A stretch of 64,000 nt of DNA, from positions 539,354 through 603,353 of the forward strand of contig RHPI01003009.1 of assembly GCA_009103225.1 (NCBI GenBank), in the 5' to 3' direction. A model generated the notes under the pieces. That model had not been told where the DNA came from. It was given only the letters and a program-made list of their open reading frames with translations, and made no database searches. The DNA comes from Chlorokybus atmophyticus (lineage: Eukaryota; Plantae; Mesostigma and Chlorokybus algae). Within the stretch, counting starts at the first letter, position 1, and each line of letters begins with the position of its first letter. Both the position numbers and the translations under genes were made by a program. Shown here in pieces: positions 1-9,804 of this stretch.

Positions 1-411
1 CCTACATACGATCAGCATCGACCCTCCACACAGGAGTAGAAGGTCGTAAGGACGAGCACTAGGTCCGGACTTAGCAAGATGGCATCGTCGGACCAGACTC
101 CGGACTCCAGACTGGAGCCTTACTAACTGCTTCGTATCTCCACGTATACTTACTCATACTAGGCGTATGAGAGCTTGTTGAAAAGCTCTGGTTGTAAGGA
201 AGACAACACAGCTTAGAGCGCGTCAAAAGGCTAAGTATAGCTTACGCAGTGCTTGCAAACGTAGACGTGTGTGTAACTGGCTGGTATAAGAACCAGCGGA
301 CAACTTGTAATAGATGAATGTGATGTGACTTGTGTATGCTCTGGTGGCGGTAGCTCTGTCCGTGTGTATCCATGCTTGCCTCAACTACATGTGCATGCTA
401 GTCCTTCAACA
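1..411 (+). repeat. 5' LTR of the copia element (truncated by window edge)
   Basis: Matches 4483-4893 except for 4 substitutions; ends ...TTCAACA. Confidence 0.97.
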
Positions 412-425
412 GGTTATGGGCCCAC
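412..425 (+). promoter_or_regulatory. Primer-binding site complementary to the anticodon arm of initiator tRNA-Met (half-tRNA priming)
   Basis: GGTTATGGGCCCAC directly abuts the LTR-terminal CA, as in Drosophila copia/Osser-type (hemivirus-like) elements. Confidence 0.9.
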
Positions 426-538
426 ACTACGCTTGAGGAGTGTGAGACTAGCTTGTGTGCATAGTAGTTCTACACTACGGTAGCTTGTTGGTAGCAGAGC
501 CTTGGGTGTCAACTGCAAGAAAGGCAGGCTCGACAGAA

Positions 539-3500
539 ATGGAGGCGACCTACGACAAGGGGCAGATTGCAAAGCTGGACACCGACAACTACAACACATG
601 GTGCGTGGAGATGAAGGCCTTGCTCATCCACAAGAAGGTGTGGAAGTACGTTGATCCGAAGGCACCACCACCAACACCAGGAGCGAACACTGTGTGGTCA
701 GAGCATTCAGCAGAAGCACACTCTTTGCTTGTGTTGAACAGCAAACCGCATCACTTTCCCATGCTCACTGCATGTGAAGATGGTAGACAAGCTTGGGAAA
801 AGCTATCAGCCGTTTTCAGAGCCAAGAACAATGCCAGAAAGTTGCATCTACGCAAGCAGCTCAGCGCACTCAGGAAGGAGGCAGCAGAACCCATCACAAA
901 GTATGTTGCGCGCGCGAGAGAGCTGTGGGCGGACCTCATCAACGTCGGCCACAACATGGGGGAGACGGAGGTAGTGCTGGCCATTGTTGCAGGGCTACCA
1001 GCAGAGTACGAGGTCGTCGCAACCCTGCTGGAGACGTCATCATCGGAGTTGACGTTGGACGATGTGCTACCGAAGCTGCTCACCGTGGAGCAGAGGGTTG
1101 TGAAGAAGGACGAGCAAGCGGATGCCGTCGCCTTCTACACCGGCAAGCACGCAAAGAAGAGCAACCATGAAGAGAAGTACAAGGGCAACAAGCCAGGCAA
1201 TCCTCGTCACAAAGACCTCACATGCCACTGGTGTGGTTGGAAGGGGCACATTGTGAAGGACTGTAGGAAGAAACAACAGGGGCAACCTAGAGCAAGCACC
1301 AGCAACAGCGGCAACGAGCACCAACACAAGGAGAAACATGTCGCCTTCACTGCATCCAGTTCGAGGGCGGGCACAGCTTTCTGGGTGGTGGACTCTGGCT
1401 GCGATCGTCATCTCACACCAAACAAGGAGGTGATGGAGGGCTACAGGAAGCTGACGTCCACAATCAAGGTGGCGGGCTTCGGTGGCGAAGTACTGGTGGC
1501 TGAGGGAGTTGGCAACGTACGACTCCAGTGCAAGGTTGGTAACACACTACGCGAGGTGTTGTTACGCAACGTCCTGCATGTTCCTAAGGCTATTGCGAGT
1601 CTATTCTCTGTGAGGGTTGCGGAGCGCTTAGGCGCGGAGATCCTATTTCGGAAGGGTGGCTGCTCAGTCATCCTTGATGGGGTCGTGCACATGGTTGGAA
1701 TCGCTGATCCGGGAGGGCTCTACCACGTGGAGCAGCCTCAAGACAGAGACATTCAAGCCATGGTGGTGAAGGACAAGGAGTCGCCAACATTGTGGCATCG
1801 AAGGTTCGGGCATCTCAGCTACGTCAACCTCACTCGCCTTGTCGCTGAGAAGATGGTCAAGGGCATCCATCTCAGCACAGAAGAACTCAAGAATGCATCA
1901 GGTGCACTTTGTGAACCATGCCTGGTTGCAAAGCAGCATGCTATGCCATTCCCATCATCCTCTTCTAGCAGTCAGCATCCTTGCGAGCTTGTGCACATGG
2001 ATGTCTGTGGCCCTATGCGCATTGTGGCGAAGGGAGGGGCCAGGTACTTTGCTACATTCCTCGACGACTACAGCAAGCTGTCCATCATCTTTCCATTGAC
2101 GCTGAAGTCAGAAGTTGCTGGAGCTGTGCGCACAGTTGTGGCCTTGTTGGAGACCCAGTCTGGCAACAAGATGAAGGCAATGAGGAGTGATCGAGGAGGG
2201 GAGTACATCAACAAGGAGTTGAAGGAGTTCTTCGCCAGCAAGGGCATACGCCACGAGACAACGGCACCCTACACCCCGCAGCAGAATGGAGCAGCTGAAC
2301 GCCTCAACAGGACACTCTTGGAGCGTGTTCGAGCCATGCTCAACGACACAAAGATGGAAGACAGTTTGTGGAAGGAGGCGGTACTCACTGCCAACTACAT
2401 CCGCAACAGGTCTCCGGTGAGCTCAGAGCAGAAGACTCCGTGGGAGCACTTCTATGGAGCCACACCAGATGTGAGTGGTATGCGTGTGTTTGGATGCACG
2501 GCATATGCACTAGTGCCTAAACAGCTCAGGCACAAGCTGGAGCCGGTCAGCAAGAAGGGCATCTTCGTTGGCTATGAACCGGGTTCCAAGGCTTACAGGA
2601 TCTTGCTCGAGGACACTCAGAAGATCATCGTGAGCAGAGAGGTGGTTTTCCACGAGGGATTATCACAACCAGAAGCAGGCTTCTTTCCTGAAGATGAAGC
2701 ACAGCCGGAGCATCCTGAAACAGTGGAGGCTACAGGCAAGGCCATCATCGACGATAAGGGTGAGCAGGACTCCACTGTAGCAGACAAGAAGCCGCACCTA
2801 CAGCAGGAGCACGCAGCTCGGAGATACCCAGTGAGGGAGAGAAAGGCACCTGACTTCCTACACAAGGCACACGTCGCCAGTGTGCAGAATGAGGAGCCAA
2901 GCACCTACGAGGAGGCATTGTTAGCACCAGATGCGGAGCAATGGCAGCGTGCTATGGACGAGGAGATTGCGTCACTCCATGCCAACAACACTTGGTCACT
3001 GGAGCAGTTACCGCAAGGAGTGAAGACCATTCCAGTGAAATGGGTCTTCAAGGTGAAGCGTGATGGTCAGGGCAACATTGAGCGCTACAAGGCAAGACTG
3101 GTGGCAAAGGGCTTCTTGCAGCAGGAAGGTGTGGACTTCAACGAAGTGTTTGCACCTGCAAGTAAGCATACCACCTTCCGTGCACTGCTAGCTATGGTTG
3201 CTGCTGAAGACCTAGAGCTGCATCACCTGGATGTGAAGACTGCCTTCCTCTACGGAGAGCTGGAGGAGGAGATCTTCATCGAGCAACCACCTGGATATGA
3301 AGAAGGGGAGAGAGGCACAGCGTGCAAGCTGATCAAGGCACTGTACGGGCTGCGACAGGCACCGCGTATGTGGCACATCAAGCTCACCAAGGAGCTGGAG
3401 GCACTTGGCTTCACCGCATCCTCTGCAGACCCTGGGCTCTTCATCCATGCAGACAACAAGGTCTGGCTGCTCGTGTATGTTGATGATATCATCATCACCG

Positions 3501-4426
3501 CCAGGCAGGTGCACCACCTGCAGGAGACGAAACTTGCTCTACAGCAAGCATTCTCAGTTCGTGATCTTGGAGAGGCCAAGTGGTTCCTTGGCATGGTGAT
3601 TGAGCGCGACAGGGCGGCTCGCACAATCAAGATCAGTCAGGAGCAGATGGTGAGAAGACTCGTCACCAAGTTTGGGCTCACTGAAGCGAAGACCAAGACC
3701 ACACCGTTGGCACTTGGCACTGCCCTCATCAAGGCAAAGGATGAGGAGGTACTCGACAAGGCTCAGTATCCATATGGTGAGCTGGTAGGCAGCATGCTCT
3801 ATCTGGCAGTGTGCACACGTCCCGATGTTGCACATGCTGTGGGAGTACTTGCTCGCTACATGTCTGCACCGAGCATGGAGCACTGGAGAGCAGCAAAGGG
3901 AGTACTACGCTATGTTGCTGGGAGCGCAACAGTTGGCATCAAGTTTGGGAGCGGGAGCACTGAGTTGGAGGGCTACTGCGACTCGGACTTTGCTGGTGAC
4001 CTCAACAGCAGGAGGTCCACTACAGGCTACGTCTTCAAGCTGAACGGAGGCGTGGTGAGCTGGAACAGCAGGCTGCAGCCAACAACAGCAGCATCTACAT
4101 CAGAGGCTGAGTACATGGCAGCGGCAGCAGCAGTGAAGGAGGCACTCTGGCTTCGCAAGCTCATGGCAGACTTGGAGCACCCCATGGCGTGCATCGTCAT
4201 CAACTGTGACAACCAAGGAGCCATCAAGTTGTTGAAGCACCCTATCGCCTCGGCAAGGACGAAGCACATTGATGTCATGCATCACTATGTGCGTGACAGA
4301 GTTACAAGGAAGGAGGTGGAGTTCCAGTACTGCAACACTGAGGGCATGCTGGCGGACTACATGACAAAGCCATTGTCACCGCTCAAGTTCAAGACTTGTT
4401 GCGCAGGACTTGGCATCTGTATTTGA
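539..4426 (+). CDS. Copia gag-pol polyprotein
   Basis: Uninterrupted ORF from the first ATG at 539: KLDTDNYNTW (gag N-term), CHWCGWKGHIVKDC knuckle, WVVDSGC protease, WHRRFGH..CEPC and HMDVCGP/DRGGEY/ERLNRTL integrase, KARLVAKG/LDVKTAFL/YVDD RT, YCDSDFAG/EYMA/DNQGA/ADYMTK RNase H. Confidence 0.98.
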   Translation: MEATYDKGQIAKLDTDNYNTWCVEMKALLIHKKVWKYVDPKAPPPTPGANTVWSEHSAEAHSLLVLNSKPHHFPMLTACEDGRQAWEKLSAVFRAKNNARKLHLRKQLSALRKEAAEPITKYVARARELWADLINVGHNMGETEVVLAIVAGLPAEYEVVATLLETSSSELTLDDVLPKLLTVEQRVVKKDEQADAVAFYTGKHAKKSNHEEKYKGNKPGNPRHKDLTCHWCGWKGHIVKDCRKKQQGQPRASTSNSGNEHQHKEKHVAFTASSSRAGTAFWVVDSGCDRHLTPNKEVMEGYRKLTSTIKVAGFGGEVLVAEGVGNVRLQCKVGNTLREVLLRNVLHVPKAIASLFSVRVAERLGAEILFRKGGCSVILDGVVHMVGIADPGGLYHVEQPQDRDIQAMVVKDKESPTLWHRRFGHLSYVNLTRLVAEKMVKGIHLSTEELKNASGALCEPCLVAKQHAMPFPSSSSSSQHPCELVHMDVCGPMRIVAKGGARYFATFLDDYSKLSIIFPLTLKSEVAGAVRTVVALLETQSGNKMKAMRSDRGGEYINKELKEFFASKGIRHETTAPYTPQQNGAAERLNRTLLERVRAMLNDTKMEDSLWKEAVLTANYIRNRSPVSSEQKTPWEHFYGATPDVSGMRVFGCTAYALVPKQLRHKLEPVSKKGIFVGYEPGSKAYRILLEDTQKIIVSREVVFHEGLSQPEAGFFPEDEAQPEHPETVEATGKAIIDDKGEQDSTVADKKPHLQQEHAARRYPVRERKAPDFLHKAHVASVQNEEPSTYEEALLAPDAEQWQRAMDEEIASLHANNTWSLEQLPQGVKTIPVKWVFKVKRDGQGNIERYKARLVAKGFLQQEGVDFNEVFAPASKHTTFRALLAMVAAEDLELHHLDVKTAFLYGELEEEIFIEQPPGYEEGERGTACKLIKALYGLRQAPRMWHIKLTKELEALGFTASSADPGLFIHADNKVWLLVYVDDIIITARQVHHLQETKLALQQAFSVRDLGEAKWFLGMVIERDRAARTIKISQEQMVRRLVTKFGLTEAKTKTTPLALGTALIKAKDEEVLDKAQYPYGELVGSMLYLAVCTRPDVAHAVGVLARYMSAPSMEHWRAAKGVLRYVAGSATVGIKFGSGSTELEGYCDSDFAGDLNSRRSTTGYVFKLNGGVVSWNSRLQPTTAASTSEAEYMAAAAAVKEALWLRKLMADLEHPMACIVINCDNQGAIKLLKHPIASARTKHIDVMHHYVRDRVTRKEVEFQYCNTEGMLADYMTKPLSPLKFKTCCAGLGICI

Positions 4427-4468
4427 CTACAGGAGCAAGCGTTGGAGGTTAAGCTCCTCGCGTGGGAG

Positions 4469-4893
4469 TGTTGAGAGTCATTCCTACATACAATCAGCAT
4501 CGACCCTCCACACAGGAGTAGAAGGTCGTAAGGACGAGCACTAGGTCCGGACTTAGCAAGATGGCGTCGTCGGACCAGACTCCGGACTCCAGACTGGAGC
4601 CTTACTAACTGCTTCGTATCTCCACGTATACTTACTCATACTAGGCGTATGAGAGCTTGTTGAAAAGCTCTGGTTGTAAGGAAGACAACACAGCTTAGAG
4701 CGCGTCAAAAGGCTAAGTATAGCTTACGCAGTGCTTGCAAACGTAGACGTGTGTGTAACTGGCTGGTATAAGAACCAGCGGACAACTTGTAACAGATGAA
4801 TGTGATGTGACTTGTGTATGCTCTGGTGGCGGTAGCTCTGTCCGTGTGTATCCATGCTTGCCTCAGCTACATGTGCATGCTAGTCCTTCAACA
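4469..4893 (+). repeat. 3' LTR of the copia element (425 bp)
   Basis: TGTTGAGAG...CCTTCAACA, near-identical to the 5' LTR. Confidence 0.97.
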
Positions 4894-5308
4894 AAGACCC
4901 TCCACTTCGACTGGTGCAACGGCTTGAAGCTTGCCATTAATCGCCACGCTGAGGAAGCTCGTGCTGACGCCTTCGGTCGTGTGCTTCCGGACATTATCTG
5001 CGTGGAACAATCGGTGCATGGCAAGCCTCAGGCCCGTGCATGCTTCCAGATGGGTCCTGACCCTGGTGTAGGTATGTGCTAGGGCTTTGGCAATTGTGCC
5101 AAATTGAAGTGTTGCTGGGTTAGTGGTTATGTCTAATCTTCTGCGTTTCTTGCCCTGTGCAGGCAAGCGGCTTGTATGGCTGGACTTGGCTGGTAGTGCT
5201 TCCGGCTACACCAAACCTGGCATGCTTTTTTCGCCGCCTATGCCACAGACCGACTGTAACTGCAACTACCACGGGAGCCACGACTTTGTGCAGCTGCCAG
5301 ATAAGTAG
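4894..5308 (+). pseudogene. 3' part of a spliced ORF of unknown product, interrupted by the copia insertion
   Basis: Open frame from the LTR end to 5071, GTATGT...TGTGCAG intron 5072-5162, in-frame continuation GKRLVWLDLAGSASG...CNCNYHGSHDFVQLPDK* ending at 5308. Confidence 0.5.
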
Positions 5309-5554
5309 GCAGGCAGCACCTTATGTGTCTGGGCTTGTGTCGGCAGACTAATCGTGTTTGCAGCTTGCATGTGCAGTGCATGTGTTGTACATAATGTGTG
5401 GTGTCTGCAGGGTTAATAGATGTAGTCGTTTGTGTGTTTAAACTCAGTGCAAATGTCATGTGGCTGTGCTTTGTGGCATTGGATGCATCTTGGAGCATGC
5501 AGTATGCATTGTGTGTGTATTCAATGCAAACCTCGGACTGCGCTGTATGTCACC

Positions 5555-8500
5555 AAGCTATGTCTGAGTCTTGCACGCTGTCTAAGCATGCATGCACGTT
5601 GAGAGTGTTGTCCTCTTCTGGGTCGGATGAGTTCTCGCCCTCTTCTGCATACTCGTTTGGGTGTGTGGTGATGTTGCGGTCTTCTTCGTCTTCGTCTGCT
5701 TCGGAACTGCTGGTGTCGTCATCATCTGACTGCTCATGCCGCGGTGTGGCTTGTGTACAGTCTTAGCTTGGCGCCGCTATATCTTGCAGGTTCTGGCATC
5801 CAACGCAACCGCAGCTGGGGCCACACTTGCTGCCATTCTTCTTGCACTTGCACTGTCTGGTCTTGCTTTGACTCTTCTTGCAGTTGCATCCGTGCAACAA
5901 CAGTTGCGCTCCGGGTTTGGCAGCTTGTATTGTCTCTTCTGTGTCCATCCGTGCCTTGTACAAACCGTCTACTAGGACATATCCTGCCTTGGACAGTGGT
6001 GGCATTTGCATTCTAGAAGCACAGCATTGCAACCACATGGTAAGAACCCACAGGCTCCTTTTCGCGTGTAGCTCCAGCGCAGAAGGTGATAGCTTGTCTT
6101 CTTTGCTGTCCGTAGTCTTTTTTCAAATGCCTTGTGCTATTGTGTGGAGCCACTGACGCAGGGCTTGTTGGTCTCCTGTGGAGGCTGCGACACCGTTGGT
6201 GTCGTAGAATATGTTGGCTGCGCTGTTGCAGTTAGGGAAGACTACCTTGTGCTTCGCGAAGTAGGCAATGAGCCGGAGCAGTACAGCAGTCTCTCCCACT
6301 CATTTAGGTCAGAGCTCTTGATGATACACTCTATCTCTTGCCCTAATACTTCTGTCCATAGGAAGTTCTTGCTGATGCCTGCAAAGTAACTCCTGTAGTC
6401 GCTTCCAGTTCCTGCGAAGAACAGCAGCAGAAACTTGGCTCGCACTGATGGTGTGATGTCTCTGAGTTGGGGAACGCTTGCAAGGTGGTTGTACAGTGCA
6501 CTCAGGTCCAAGAAGGGAGCCCGTGCTGTGCACTGTGAGTTGCTTGCTAGCTGGATGTAAATTCGACCTTCCGGCGATTGCCACTGTTCCAGGACAGCTA
6601 TCCCAATCATCGACACATCTATGTCAAATGAGTAGATGAGGACGCTTTGGTATGCACACCTTAGGGCATGCAGCCAAACCCTGCTGTCTGCTTCGGCATG
6701 GTTGCACGCATGCGCATCCGTTTCGAAGAGCTGTAGACCATAGTCAGTATATGCTGCCACTCGAGCTCTGTCTATGATTGCAGGTAAGTTAGAGCCTCCA
6801 GCAACGATGAAGGTCTGGCCAGGACGCAGGCAGGTTCAACCATCAAGTTGACACCAGCTCTGGCAAATGTGAGGTCATTAGACTGCACAAGATGCGCTTC
6901 ATACTTCTATCAGCAAGCAGATTCCTCCAAGATCGGGGCACCTCGCTCTCAAGGGTCAGCTAACTGCATGACCTGCTGGCACCACCATCTCTATTTGCTT
7001 ACAGGCTACTTTTTACACCCGTGGCATGTGCAGGGTCGTCGAACACAACGTGGAGTGTCTGCACGCTCGGGTTGAACAGCCTTAGCAGCAAGCAAGTGCG
7101 GACTATCTGCTGCAGATAGTCCCTCATGGTCATCACGCCAGTGCTGGATCCAGCGTTGATGATGAACATGCCTTCAGCAATCACAGAACCCTCGTAGGAT
7201 GTCGGGGCAACTGAGATGCAGGGCAGGATGAATCAAGCAGGTTCAAGAACTTGGCCTTGTCGCCCTTCCGCATCTCTCCCTCTTCTATGAAGATGGCCAT
7301 TTGGATCTTCTGGTAGGAGGCCATGCCTGCCTCAATGGCGCGCCTGACTTCGCCAACTCTTTCAAGATGAGTGTTTTTGTCTTTTGCATGCGATGTAGTG
7401 CCCGGCCTTTGTTCACAACTTGCTTCTTGACTTGCATTGTCTTAAGGCCAAACCTTCTGCCCACATTGATTCCAGCCATCTCATTGCAGTGCACAGCCTT
7501 CACGAGTAGGCTGAATTGGTCCTGCCCCACCGCATAGTGCTTGCCCAAGTCTGTTGCAGCTGAAGGCGTCGCTTCCCTGCCGGTCACCAGGTGCACCAGA
7601 CGCTCATCTCTTGCCACCTTCAAGACACCAGCCGTCTCCAACACATCCACCATTGCAGCGACATTGACTGCGGTTTTGTCACTGGGCACGATGATGGAGG
7701 CATTAGGTGCAGCGTCATCATCCTTGATACGCAACACATGCAGCAGCCTCTTCAACCCGAGGGCTCGGTGAGAGACATGGGCAGTTTAGCGGGTGATGTA
7801 GTCTGGGTTGGGCCTGGTAAGTGTACTTTTGAGGTCTTTGTTGATCAAGGTTTTGTGAGCTTCATCTAGCGCAACATTGCAGTTGCTCTTGCCCGCGATG
7901 CTGATTGTAAAGGCACCTTCCTGCAGCTTCTGAAGAATGTCAGGAGGCATGCTGAATGTCCACCAAGTGCTGACTAATAAGGCGCTGGTAGTGTGGTCTG
8001 TCCCAGGCGAAGGACAATGGTGAGAGCGTCTTGTAAGCCGCCACGCGCAAATCCCACTTACTGGTGCGTAGTGCAAAATATAGTGCGAGGTAAGCAGCCG
8101 CATGACGGGTAGTGAAGTTCCACCACAATGCCCATGTCGCGTCCTCCTCTGCTATGCGTGCTCCATTTGAGAAGAACTCAACACAGTGGCGTAGGTCGTT
8201 GAGATCTATGTCATTAACGCTGAAAATGCCAAGTCTGGCCAGGACGTCAGGGTGAGCCCCCATAAAGATGCGTATTTGGTACCTGTAGATAGCCTCCCAG
8301 CATTGTAACATGTAGGCATGCATGCGCTTCCATCTAGTACCGTCAGCCAGCATGTTTCGTGCTGTGCTGGCTGAGATGCCAGCGCATACACACATCTTGT
8401 CCAGCCCAGCATCCCATTATATCTTGAACAGCACTGGCCACAAGTTGTACAACACATGCCAGTCGCCTGGAAGCGGGAGTAGCCAATCCCAGTAGCCAGG

Positions 8501-9760
8501 CTCTGTGTGCTTAAAGGTCTGCATGAGACTGAAGGTTTTATGGTCTCGCGCTACTATCACTTTGCAGCCTGACAGGTCTACACGCAGTTGCTCATGTAAC
8601 TTCAGTGGTGCCAGCTTCAGGTGGTCTGGCTTGTCCGGATTGAAAGGGAGCAGTGGCATGTAGTACACTTGACTGGCACCTGTGGACTCTGGCGCCCCAA
8701 CGAGATACGCCCACACATTCTTCAGCTTGTCCCGATTCAGATTAGGCAGTTCCGTCCGCTGCCATACAGTATTGTGCAGCGATATCGGGAAGTGTGCAAA
8801 GCTGTCTGTCTCAGCCTCAGACTGTTGAGTAATGAGTTCGCTGGTAGGTGGGGACTCGTTTTTGCGGGGCCTTGGGAGCTGTAGAGGGAGCTCCACAGTA
8901 CATGGGGGTGACATGCCAGCCTGTGACAGTATCCTGAACCTCTGCACAGGCACCTCCTGCATGTGCACTGGTTCTGAACTTGTAGGCTTGGGTATTGCCA
9001 CCTGAGTTGTCGTGCAGTGGAGATCCTTGTCCGCCCCTCCGTTGTATCTTACTTGTCCTTGGCATTTGAAGTCCCAGTTGTCAACGGTTGCAATAAGAAA
9101 CTGCTCTCCGCCAGCTTGCACAGGGCAAGGGCTGCTACTGGCCGCCAGGTTGCGCGACATGATGTGCATATCTAATGTAGCCTTGTTGATACACGCCCAA
9201 TTGGTTGAGGATGAGCTGCAACGTGGGAGAGCCGGAGAAAGCCTGTACAGCCTCCCCCACAGCGACGTGCAAGCGTGGGTACGCATGTGAATCTCTGGTC
9301 TAAATGACTCCACTCAGTAGGTATACTGTCCTTAAGTGCTTCACACGCTCCCATTGCTTCATGTTGTCGGGAAAAGTTGTTGTGCCAGTTAGTGCTTCAA
9401 ATAGACGCAGCAAATCTGGATGGCAGTCTTGCAACTCCTTCTATTTATCAAGAAACCTCACGTCCGGGCATGTGTTACTGTTGGCATTGCTCCTCTTCTT
9501 TGATTCCACCTTGATCAGTTGCCTGATGTAAGCTAGTGTCTTGTCACTTAGCTCTAGCTTCTCAACCATCTGCTCCTGTACTTGCTGCTGCACAACACTA
9601 AGCATGCATGCAGCTGGATCCACCCAGCTCCTCAGGAGCAACGTCCCATGACGTCTTGATCTCGTGATGACAAATAAAGCGCTCTGCAGTACACGCCTTG
9701 CATTTAACCAGGTTGTCGCGCTGACACTGGCTAAGTCTATACAGCGTCCCCACCTCACTC
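5555..9760 (-). pseudogene. AcademX-like transposase: DDE domain + XPG/FEN1-like PIN nuclease + Cys8 finger, with several stops and frameshifts
   Basis: IATVDNWDF (~9080), VIVARDHKTF, LPLPGDWH (DxxH, ~8460), DEAHKTLINKD; nuclease motifs AEGMFIIN..HVVFDDP, NHAEADSRVWLH..SFDIDV, FFAGTGSDY..FAGISK; C-terminal CNCKKSQSKTRQCKCKKNGSKCGPSCGCVGC (~5790-5890); acidic tail. Confidence 0.8.
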
Positions 9761-9804
9761 ATCTCGAGTGAGGTGGGGACGCTGTACAGACTTAGCCAGT
9801 GTCA
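9722..9804. repeat. 83-bp near-perfect palindrome (39-bp arms, 5-nt loop)
   Basis: TGACACTGGCTAAGTCTATACAGCGTCCCCACCTCACTC-atctc-GAGTGAGGTGGGGACGCTGTACAGACTTAGCCAGTGTCA; one mismatch. Confidence 0.95.

Larger units (their letters stand above)
1..4893 (+). mobile_element. Ty1/copia LTR retrotransposon, apparently intact (5' LTR starts about 14 bp before the window)
   Basis: Direct repeats at 1-411 and 4469-4893 (TG...CA), PBS at 412, single gag-pol ORF with copia domain order PR-INT-RT-RH, short purine-rich PPT (..GTGGGAG) ending at 4468. AAGAC (4894-4898) is the expected 5-bp TSD. Confidence 0.98.

Noticed and set aside
751-4285. Many short antisense or alternate-frame ORFs over the copia polyprotein
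   Set aside because: Shadow ORFs of a GC-rich coding sequence; no motifs.
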